Origin: a virus
Lineage: Duplodnaviria; Caudoviricetes
Length of the DNA stretch: 64,000 nt
Virus record (IMG/VR): IMGVR_UViG_3300016649_000355
Strand: one strand, 5' to 3'
Shown here: in pieces, positions 49,674-57,421 of the stretch
Layout of the letters: every line of letters begins with the position of its first letter
Numbering within the stretch: the first letter of the stretch is position 1
Program-made: the position numbers and the translations under genes
The notes under the pieces: model-generated
Database searches by the model: none
Told to the model about the DNA's origin: nothing
The model's input: the letters and a program-made list of their open reading frames with translations, nothing else

Positions 49674-51148
49674 ACTACTTAGGAATTAGCTGCGGCTTTC
49701 ATGATGCAGCTATCACTGTTATCAATGATCATGGTGATATATTATTCGCTGGACACAGTGAACGGTATAGCAAGCTAAAGCATGATGAAAATTTATGCTC
49801 AGCCTTGATCGAAGATGCATTGTCGTTTGTCGATAATGAATTTGAATTACATTATTACGAGAAGCCATTAATTAAGGCGCTTAGACAAATTAGGGCCGGC
49901 CAAAATCTGGGTCCCCTTTTCACAAAAAATATAATTGGTTCAGATAATCATAATTTATTGAAAAATAAAAAAGTGCATACACATATGCATCATCTTAGTC
50001 ACGCTGCCGCCGGATTTCAAACTAGTCCCTATAATGATGCCACTGTGGTAGTCATAGATGCTATCGGTGAGCTAGATACCATAACTATCTGGGACGCTAG
50101 ATATGATCATGGGGGAAAGGCAAGATACACCAAGTTGTATTCTAAAAAGTATCCCGATTCGATAGGATTGTTCTATAGTGCCATGACCGAACGGGTTGGA
50201 TTGAGACCACTAGATGAAGAATACATATTAATGGGCATGGCAGCGTATGGTGAACCAAAGTATTTCAATCAAATCGATACTGAGCTTTTTGAAAACATAA
50301 ATGAGATCAGTTTGAAACAAAATTTGCATATCGGTGTTTCTAGTGATTTCTTGCCTGATGCAAATCACATGGATATAGCATCAAGCAGCCAAAAAATAGT
50401 CGAGTACCTGATAATGAGTGTCATGGGGAAAGCAAGGCATTTTGGCAGGAGCAAGAATTTAGTATATGGCGGCGGTGTAGCACTGAACTGCCTAGCTAAT
50501 AGATTGCTGGGGGAATATTTTCAAAATATATGGATCATGCCTAATCCGGGAGATGCAGGTAATAGCCTAGGTGCTGCTGCATTGGGGTATGGTAAGAAAT
50601 TAAATTGGACCGATGCTTTCTTGGGGCATGAAATCAAGGGAGATTATCCTGCAAATCGAATCATAGATGAGTTAGTAAAAAATCAAATCGCGGGCGTGGC
50701 ATCAGGTAGAGCAGAATTCGGCCCTAGAGCATTAGGCAATCGCAGCTTATTAGCAGACCCCCGCGGGGACACAATCAAGGATAGAGTAAATGAGATCAAG
50801 CGTAGACAAAAATTCAGACCCTTTGCGCCAGTTATTCTGGAGGAGTTACTGCATGATTATTTTGATATGCCTAGGAACTGGAATAACAGTAGGTATATGC
50901 AAGTCATCGCTCGTTGCAGGCATCCTGACTTATTTCCTGCTATCATTCATGCTGACGGCACTAGTCGTGTACAGACTGTGCCGAAAGACGGATCAGGAAT
51001 CAGAGAACTACTAGAAAAATGGTATGTACTAACTGGATGCCCAATGCTATTAAACACCTCTTTAAATATCAGAGGCGAGCCAATGGTAAATGACCGTAGT
51101 GATGCAGATCGCTTCGAAAAACTTTATGGAGTAAAAGTCATTTCATAA
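49670..51148 (+). CDS. Carbamoyltransferase, NodU/CmcH/TobZ family
   Basis: GFHDAA, HHLSHAAA, DAIGE, GGVALNC, GDAG, GRAEFGPRALGNRS, RQKFRPFAP, TSRVQT, LLNTSLN..GEP. Confidence 0.92.
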   Translation: MNYLGISCGFHDAAITVINDHGDILFAGHSERYSKLKHDENLCSALIEDALSFVDNEFELHYYEKPLIKALRQIRAGQNLGPLFTKNIIGSDNHNLLKNKKVHTHMHHLSHAAAGFQTSPYNDATVVVIDAIGELDTITIWDARYDHGGKARYTKLYSKKYPDSIGLFYSAMTERVGLRPLDEEYILMGMAAYGEPKYFNQIDTELFENINEISLKQNLHIGVSSDFLPDANHMDIASSSQKIVEYLIMSVMGKARHFGRSKNLVYGGGVALNCLANRLLGEYFQNIWIMPNPGDAGNSLGAAALGYGKKLNWTDAFLGHEIKGDYPANRIIDELVKNQIAGVASGRAEFGPRALGNRSLLADPRGDTIKDRVNEIKRRQKFRPFAPVILEELLHDYFDMPRNWNNSRYMQVIARCRHPDLFPAIIHADGTSRVQTVPKDGSGIRELLEKWYVLTGCPMLLNTSLNIRGEPMVNDRSDADRFEKLYGVKVIS

Positions 51149-51151
51149 GTA
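51144..51151 (+). promoter_or_regulatory. Putative late-promoter motif CATAAGTA
   Basis: 5 nt before the ATG at 51157, with no Shine-Dalgarno. Confidence 0.4.
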
Positions 51152-51156
51152 GTTAC

Positions 51157-54100
51157 ATGCTAAGAGATGTCTTTTACTACGGAAAAAAACCAAACGCCCA
51201 TCCAAGAGAACAATTCGCAATATCACTAGATGATGCCCGTAATAAGGCCACTACAGATCATTTTTGGATAATAAACGAATTTTGTGATTACAAAAATTTC
51301 GATTGGGATTTTGATTTCGAATTCCTACCCGACGAAGATGTGTGGGCACAAAATCATAACAATGTATGGCCCAGCGTACATCAAAAAGATAGCGGCACTT
51401 GGTTATGCTCAAAAGAATACAGCGAGGTCGTAATCTATAGAAATGATGTCAAACCCTTAAATAGATATACCCAAGAACTTTGTTGGGTGCTACTTGATAA
51501 AGTAGATAAAAGTAAATTTGATTTTACATGGCACCCTGATCCAACTGATCCTCCCTATATTTATAAATGGGGAAGCAAGTATTATCCCGCTGAATTTAAA
51601 ACTGTTTTAGTATATCATACTCCGGGCGCGACTAAAATCAAGTATATGCCAAATATCGTTGAGTTAGAGCCTCTGTGGGATAACTGGATAGAAGTTCAGG
51701 AAGTTGATAAAGAACGATTTGACATGTCTTGGCGTCCCGACCCAATGGATCCCCCATATATATATGTCTGGGGAAATAAATGGCAAGATGCCAAAGAGTT
51801 AAGTACATTAGAATATCATGTTCCGGGTGCTACTGAAAAAAAGTACATGCCTGAAAATATACCGGTAACAATACAGCATGACAGATGGACAATACATACA
51901 CCAATTGACGAAGATAAATTCGATCTTTCATGGAGACCGGATCCCAAAGAACCCCCTTATATCTATGTGTGGGGAAATAAATACGAACCGGCTGAGATCA
52001 AGCCAACATTGGAATATATTGTCCCGGGTGCTACCGAACGCAAATACATGGGTAATGATGTTTCTGTATTACCTGAAAAAGATAGATGGAAAATTATAGA
52101 AGAAATTGATACAAACAGCTTTGATTTTAGTTGGAGACCTGACCCACTAGAACCTCCCTATATTTATGTATTTGGAAATAAATTATTTGATGCAGTAAAA
52201 ATGCCTACCCTAGAGTATCACACACCCGGGGCTACTGAAAAAAAATACATAGAAGCACAGACAGCAAATCTACTACCGAATAAAAAATTATTTGAACATC
52301 TAGAAGATTCATATTTAATTGACTATGCCTGGTTGCCTGATCCTGACAGTCCTCCTTATATATACGCATGGGGAAATCAATGGAATAAACCAGAAGATAA
52401 GATTAGCATACAGTTCGTAGTAGATGGGGCTACAGAATACAAATACATGGCAGAAAGAGCTATCCGAAAACCATGCATGGAAAACTGGATCACTCCTGAT
52501 AACATAGATTTTAAATCATTTGATTATTCATGGGAACCTAGTCCAGCCGATCCTCCATATATTTACGAGTTTGGTACACAATGGCAAAAAACAGGCGGCC
52601 CTTGCTATGTCGTGCCGGGAGCTACTGAAAGAAAATATATAGATGTGATTAAAGCTCGGGCTCTACCTGACAAGGATAACTGGATAATTCCTGAAAATGT
52701 AGATGTTACAGGTTTTGATTTTAGTTGGCACCCGGACAGTACTAGCCCTCCATACATATATCATTTTGCAACTCAATGGGCTTTGACAGGTGGGCCTATG
52801 TACATTGTAGAAGGTGCAACTGAGACAAAGTATTTGGAAGAACCTAGCGCAATCGCATTACCCGATAAAACTAACTGGGTGATTCCTTCTGATGTAGATG
52901 CAGAATCATTTGATTTTAGCTGGCACCCATATATAGAAGATCAATCTTATATCTATGTGTTTGGAACACAGTGGCAAAAGACAGGCGGTCCTAAATATGT
53001 GACGCCAGGAGTTATGCCCGGCTCTCCTGTAAAATATATCGATAGAAGAATTTTAAAATCAACTAGATTACCAAATAAATCTAAATTTGCCATCTTAAAT
53101 AATTACAAAATCAAAGAATTTGATTGGTCATGGCACCCCGATGATACTGAAGAGCCATACATCTATGTGTTTGGCAATACGCAATATCCTGCAGAAATAA
53201 TGCCTACAATTGAGTATAGTGTGCCGGGCGCTAAACAAATAAAGTATGTACACGATGTCTTGGCTGTGTTAGATCAGGATATGACGAACTGGGAAATTCC
53301 ACAGAATGTTGACATCACTGGTTTCGACTTCAGCTGGAAGCCTAATCCCAAAGACCCTGCATATATTTACGAGTTTGGCACACAATGGCAAAAGACAGGT
53401 GGACCTAGATATGTTGTAGGAGATTCCAAAGAAGTAAAATATGTATCTACGCAACAGGTTAAAATTCTTTCTTCAATGATTAATTGGGAAATTCCTGACG
53501 GATTAAACATAGATACATTTGACTTTAGCTGGCATCCGGATTCAACTGATATACCTTATATTTACCAATTTGGTACTCAGTGGGCAATGACAGGTGGCCC
53601 TAGATATATCATTGAGGGTGCTAAAGAAGTAAAATATATTGATAACCCGGTAGCAATAGCCAAAGAAAATAAAGACAGATGGATAATACCTGCGGATATC
53701 GATCAGGAAAGTTTTGATTTTAGCTGGCATCCTTATGTTGAGGATCAGCCCTATATATATCAATTCGGCACTCAATGGCAAAAGACTGGTGGTCCTAGAT
53801 ATATAGCAGAAGGTGCAGATGAAACTAGTTTTACAAAATATATCGATAGACGAATTTTAAAAGCTAAAAAATTACCTAATGCGTCAAGTAACTGGAAAAT
53901 TAATATTCCCGTAGAAGACTTTGACTTTAGCTGGCATCCCGATGAAACAGAAGAACCCTACATATACATTTTCGGTAATCAATGGAATAGGGCAGAAATA
54001 GAATCTACAGTAGAATATCATGTTGAAGGTGCCTCTAGAATAAAATATATCGGCGATATAGTGGCAAAAGTAGCAGCAAATAAATCGAATTGGAATATTG

Positions 54101-56649
54101 TGCATGATGTGGAAGACTTTGATTTTAGCTGGCGCCCGGACCCAACCGATCCTCCTTATATCTATGTCTTTGGAAATACTCAATATCCCGGAAATATAAT
54201 GCCTACTGTAGAGTATGTTAGAGCCGGCGCAACACAAAAAAAATATATAGATACTATTGTTGCTAAATTAGCACCTAAACCCGAACTATTCGAAAATATT
54301 GAACTTATCAGTAAATTTGATTATAGTTGGCGTCCCAATCCAAAAGATCCTCCCTATATATATCAATTCGGCACGCAATGGCAAAAGACAGGTGGTCCTA
54401 GATATGTGGTTAAAAATGCATATAATATAAAATATGTAGAAGAAAACAAATCAGTCATAATGCCAGATATGAAAAACTGGGTAATACCTAAGGGCACAGT
54501 AGTAACTAGATTTGATTTTTCATGGCATCCCGATGACACTGCTGATCCGGCCATCTATCAATTTGGATCAGAGGTGGGTAAAGATGACGGTCCTAGATAT
54601 ATTGTGCCAAACAACAACGGAAAAATACTATTTTTAGAAAATGTATATGCTGAAGAAATAATTACTAAACAAGTTTCAAGGTATTTTATAGAAACTACTT
54701 TGGAAGATTTAATCAGACAACATCCCGATGAAATCTTTTGGGCTATGCGTAAAGACATCGACTACACTGAATTTAATTTTGAATGGATTCCTGATGTATA
54801 TCAGTCTAAGCTTGTTCATGTGTTTGGATCCAGTGCTAGTTTAAAGTCACAGACATATTATGTAAACAGCACATTGTACAATAAGGGTTTTACAGAATTC
54901 AATTTTATTGAACCACAAGATGCTACCGTGCAAGAACCTGATATTTTCTTTGTAGATCGTGGAAACAGTGAATCACTTGAAAGATTTAAACATTTAAAAT
55001 TAAAATTTAGCGATAGAATTCAAAAAACAAGATACTTAAATAGCTGGGTCGATACAATTAACCGCTGCACCAATAGAGCCATGACTGATTTGGTATGGAT
55101 ATTGAATAGTGAATTGGATTATAGTAATTTTGATTTTGATTACTACCCCAATCCATGGCAAATGAAAATGACTCATGTTTTCGGAACTCAATGGAGCCAC
55201 TGGGGCACAACATTTTTAGTTAACCGTGAATTATTCAGGGAAGATACAAAGTATATCAAGATCATAGAACATTTAAATAATCTTAATTTTGTCAAGGATA
55301 GAATCGCTAAGGCAACACATAGATTATATGATGTTTATATGATCGATCATGGGAATCAGTTCGATTACTCAACTGTTCAATATCTTAACGCAATCACAGT
55401 GCCTTATGAAAATAATTATTTTCAGACATTTAAAAATATTATAACAAAACTTCCTGAGAAAAAAGATCATTACATCTGGATATGTTCCTCGGTCTGTGAC
55501 TATAGCGATTTCGATTTTACCTATATTTGTGATCCCTTTGCCAAAGAACAATTGCATGTTTTTCCTAGCGATAAACAAAAACTAGGTGACACATTTTTGG
55601 TCGATGTCAATAAATTGCGTGAGTTGTTAGAGTTCATGACTAAGTTAGAAGACTACAAAAAGATCAATTATAATTCACACCTGAGGGCCAAACGATTACC
55701 TGCCCCAGTAATCGTAAATCATGAAGATACTCATGCAAACATAACAGATGTTGAATTTGATTTCCCTTATGCAACTTTTGTTACATATGATAATCAAAAT
55801 CAAAATAATATATTGTCAGAACCCATGAGCCTTTGGAGTGATGAACATAAGAAAATTATCATATCAAGCACGGGCGGCACACAGATAACGGTACCAAAAG
55901 AAGTTAAATCATATGTAAATAACGAATTGTATGACTATCCATATATAATCAACAGTAATAAACTATCAGCCTCGAACCCATTAGACATCGTGTTTTTAAG
56001 TAACGGTGAAAAATGCGCAGAGGATAATTATCAGCATTTATTAAAAGTTACTGATGGGTGTAAAAATAGGATAGTTAGGGTGGATGGAGTTAATGGGCGC
56101 GTGGCAGCATATCATGCCTCTGCAGAGGCAAGTAATACTCCATGGGCGTTCACCGTGTTTGCTAAACTCAAAGTCAACAATAAATTTGATTGGAACTGGC
56201 AACCTGACAGATTACAGAAGCCTAAACATTATATCTTTACTGCTAAAAATCCCTTGAATGGTCTAGTGTATGGTCATCAGGCTGTGATTGCCTATAATAA
56301 AAAGATGGTTCTAGCGAATGAAGGAAAAGGTTTAGACTTCACCCTCGATGATCCGCATGAATCAGTTAATATGCTTTCAGGAGTGGCTATGTTTAATACT
56401 GACGAATTCAGCACATGGAGAACCGCATTCAGGGAAGTCATCAAACTAAAATCTGATTATGCTGATATCAGCCAAGAACGACTTGATGTATGGCTCAACA
56501 AAGCAGAAGGAGAGTTCGCTCAATACTGTTTAGACGGGGCAAGACATGCTGTAGAATACTACGAAGAAGTAGAAGGCGATATTGAAAAACTAAGACTGAG
56601 CTATGATTGGCCCTGGCTTAAGAACAGATTTAACTCGATTTATAATTAA
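51157..56649 (+). CDS. 1830-aa protein with 16 tandem ~65-aa aromatic/Pro repeats and a C-terminal degenerate glycosyltransferase-like domain
   Basis: Repeat W...D...FD(F/Y)SW.P....PYIY.FG.(QW)....P.Y...GA...KY; the C-terminus aligns by eye with 27361-28314. Confidence 0.75.
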   Translation: MLRDVFYYGKKPNAHPREQFAISLDDARNKATTDHFWIINEFCDYKNFDWDFDFEFLPDEDVWAQNHNNVWPSVHQKDSGTWLCSKEYSEVVIYRNDVKPLNRYTQELCWVLLDKVDKSKFDFTWHPDPTDPPYIYKWGSKYYPAEFKTVLVYHTPGATKIKYMPNIVELEPLWDNWIEVQEVDKERFDMSWRPDPMDPPYIYVWGNKWQDAKELSTLEYHVPGATEKKYMPENIPVTIQHDRWTIHTPIDEDKFDLSWRPDPKEPPYIYVWGNKYEPAEIKPTLEYIVPGATERKYMGNDVSVLPEKDRWKIIEEIDTNSFDFSWRPDPLEPPYIYVFGNKLFDAVKMPTLEYHTPGATEKKYIEAQTANLLPNKKLFEHLEDSYLIDYAWLPDPDSPPYIYAWGNQWNKPEDKISIQFVVDGATEYKYMAERAIRKPCMENWITPDNIDFKSFDYSWEPSPADPPYIYEFGTQWQKTGGPCYVVPGATERKYIDVIKARALPDKDNWIIPENVDVTGFDFSWHPDSTSPPYIYHFATQWALTGGPMYIVEGATETKYLEEPSAIALPDKTNWVIPSDVDAESFDFSWHPYIEDQSYIYVFGTQWQKTGGPKYVTPGVMPGSPVKYIDRRILKSTRLPNKSKFAILNNYKIKEFDWSWHPDDTEEPYIYVFGNTQYPAEIMPTIEYSVPGAKQIKYVHDVLAVLDQDMTNWEIPQNVDITGFDFSWKPNPKDPAYIYEFGTQWQKTGGPRYVVGDSKEVKYVSTQQVKILSSMINWEIPDGLNIDTFDFSWHPDSTDIPYIYQFGTQWAMTGGPRYIIEGAKEVKYIDNPVAIAKENKDRWIIPADIDQESFDFSWHPYVEDQPYIYQFGTQWQKTGGPRYIAEGADETSFTKYIDRRILKAKKLPNASSNWKINIPVEDFDFSWHPDETEEPYIYIFGNQWNRAEIESTVEYHVEGASRIKYIGDIVAKVAANKSNWNIVHDVEDFDFSWRPDPTDPPYIYVFGNTQYPGNIMPTVEYVRAGATQKKYIDTIVAKLAPKPELFENIELISKFDYSWRPNPKDPPYIYQFGTQWQKTGGPRYVVKNAYNIKYVEENKSVIMPDMKNWVIPKGTVVTRFDFSWHPDDTADPAIYQFGSEVGKDDGPRYIVPNNNGKILFLENVYAEEIITKQVSRYFIETTLEDLIRQHPDEIFWAMRKDIDYTEFNFEWIPDVYQSKLVHVFGSSASLKSQTYYVNSTLYNKGFTEFNFIEPQDATVQEPDIFFVDRGNSESLERFKHLKLKFSDRIQKTRYLNSWVDTINRCTNRAMTDLVWILNSELDYSNFDFDYYPNPWQMKMTHVFGTQWSHWGTTFLVNRELFREDTKYIKIIEHLNNLNFVKDRIAKATHRLYDVYMIDHGNQFDYSTVQYLNAITVPYENNYFQTFKNIITKLPEKKDHYIWICSSVCDYSDFDFTYICDPFAKEQLHVFPSDKQKLGDTFLVDVNKLRELLEFMTKLEDYKKINYNSHLRAKRLPAPVIVNHEDTHANITDVEFDFPYATFVTYDNQNQNNILSEPMSLWSDEHKKIIISSTGGTQITVPKEVKSYVNNELYDYPYIINSNKLSASNPLDIVFLSNGEKCAEDNYQHLLKVTDGCKNRIVRVDGVNGRVAAYHASAEASNTPWAFTVFAKLKVNNKFDWNWQPDRLQKPKHYIFTAKNPLNGLVYGHQAVIAYNKKMVLANEGKGLDFTLDDPHESVNMLSGVAMFNTDEFSTWRTAFREVIKLKSDYADISQERLDVWLNKAEGEFAQYCLDGARHAVEYYEEVEGDIEKLRLSYDWPWLKNRFNSIYN
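51481..54640 (+). repeat. 16 tandem ~65-aa protein repeats, including a duplicated four-repeat block
   Basis: Counted from the translation. Units 6-9 (~52483-53286) match units 10-13 (~53287-54087) in order. Confidence 0.85.
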
Positions 56650-56660
56650 TAAGGAATAAT

Positions 56661-56792
56661 ATGAAAATTCGTAAACTTGTAAAATTGATGCACAAAGCTA
56701 TTCTTGACCGTAATTTAAAAAAAGAAGCCAAACTTTATAAAAAGCTTACAAAGAAAAGTTTAAAGAAAAAACATACCGAAGCAGTTCAGTAA
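56661..56792 (+). CDS. Small Lys-rich protein (43 aa), absent from the ORF track
   Basis: AAGGA RBS; MKIRKLVKLMHKAILDRNLKKEAKLYKKLTKKSLKKKHTEAVQ*. Confidence 0.6.
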   Translation: MKIRKLVKLMHKAILDRNLKKEAKLYKKLTKKSLKKKHTEAVQ

Positions 56793-56797
56793 ACAGT

Positions 56798-56980
56798 CTA
56801 CCAAAAAAAGTATAGAACTATTGTGATGGTCATAAGTAACGGCAAGCACACAGCTACCACCAACAATGATCTGCCGAATTCACGGTGTACGATAGTGAGA
56901 CCATAAACAAGACCGAACAATGCAAAAGTGGTCATTGTCAATATATAGTACCACATGCCTTTAACGATTTCGGCTGTCAT
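56798..56980 (-). CDS. Small two-helix membrane protein (60 aa; alternative start 57061)
   Basis: MTAEIVKGMWYYILTMTTFALFGLVYGL...LLVVAVCLPLLMTITIVLYFFW. A minus-strand ATTAAATA motif lies 5 nt before the ATG at 56980. Confidence 0.45.
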   Translation of the reverse strand: MTAEIVKGMWYYILTMTTFALFGLVYGLTIVHREFGRSLLVVAVCLPLLMTITIVLYFFW

Positions 56981-56985
56981 AACAA

Positions 56986-56993
56986 TATTTAAT
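56986..56993 (-). promoter_or_regulatory. Putative late-promoter motif ATTAAATA (minus strand)
   Basis: Same motif-to-ATG spacing (5 nt) as several + strand genes. Confidence 0.35.
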
Positions 56994-57034
56994 GGATACT
57001 GTGTTGGTTTAAACTGCTGCTTTAGTGTGCTTAA

Positions 57035-57042
57035 TATAAATA
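57035..57042 (+). promoter_or_regulatory. Putative late promoter TATAAATA for the tmRNA gene
   Basis: Exact T4-late consensus just upstream of the tmRNA acceptor piece. Confidence 0.55.
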
Positions 57043-57047
57043 CACTT

Positions 57048-57366
57048 AGTTGTATTATCATCGTATGAAGGAATAAGAACAATTGACTGGACGCGGGGGG
57101 CAGTTCCCCGCCCGGTCCACCAAAAGAAAATTGACAAGGTGTACAACTTGCATCACTGCGTGAGCATATGATCAGAACATAGAGTCTGATTTCAGTTTTC
57201 TTTTGATGGGCCGGAAATAGATTCGACAGGCGATGTAGTATTTGACCAGACGATGCAGTAGGCGAAGACTGTAAATCTAGCAAAACTAAATAACCGCAAA
57301 CGACGAGTTATTCGCACTGGCCGCTTGAGGCCTGCTGAGGGTGGAAGCCCAAGAAACAGAACTTCC
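57048..57366 (+). ncRNA. ssrA: Circularly permuted (two-piece) tmRNA: acceptor piece ~57048-57122, intervening segment 57123-57207, coding piece 57208-~57366
   Basis: The acceptor 3' end GGAC-GCGGGG-GGCAGTT-CCCCGC-CCGGTCC-A-CCA precedes the 5' end GGGCCGG-AAATAGATTCGAC. The 7-bp acceptor stem has G3:U70. ATAACC-GCA resume context and tag ORF 57296-57328 = ANDELFALAA*. P2-like pairing of ACGATG with CATCGT (57059-57064). A terminator follows. Confidence 0.92.
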
Positions 57367-57394
57367 AGAAACCCGCCTAGGCGGGTTTCTTTTT
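57367..57394 (+). terminator. Intrinsic terminator (possibly bidirectional)
   Basis: AGAAACCCGCC-TA-GGCGGGTTTCT perfect inverted repeat followed by TTTT. Confidence 0.85.
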
Positions 57395-57421
57395 ATCTAC
57401 ATTCTTAAATCCTCGACGATA

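Noticed and set aside
45534-51148. Complete aminoglycoside antibiotic pathway
   Set aside because: No cyclitol synthase, exporter or resistance gene is visible in the window; only tailoring families are shared.
51481-54640. Repeat array as a DGR target/template or CRISPR-like array
   Set aside because: Repeats are conserved at the protein level with synonymous divergence and no adenine-specific pattern; there is no reverse transcriptase, cas gene or repeat-spacer structure in the window.
232-56000. Numerous 60-133-aa minus-strand and off-frame ORFs overlapping the long genes
   Set aside because: Shadow ORFs fully inside well-supported genes, with no motifs or RBS.
57131-57160. TTGACA inside the tmRNA locus as a sigma70 promoter
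   Set aside because: No -10 box at 16-18 nt spacing, it lacks the ATAAAT extension, and the bases are explained by the closing helix.
57123-57207. Cloverleaf-like intervening segment as a tRNA
   Set aside because: No T-loop TTC, no D-loop GG, no 7-nt anticodon loop and no CCA of its own.
57062-57283. Upper part of the 161-aa minus-strand ORF 56798-57283
   Set aside because: It is the antisense read-through of the tmRNA gene; only the hydrophobic 3' part looks like a real protein.
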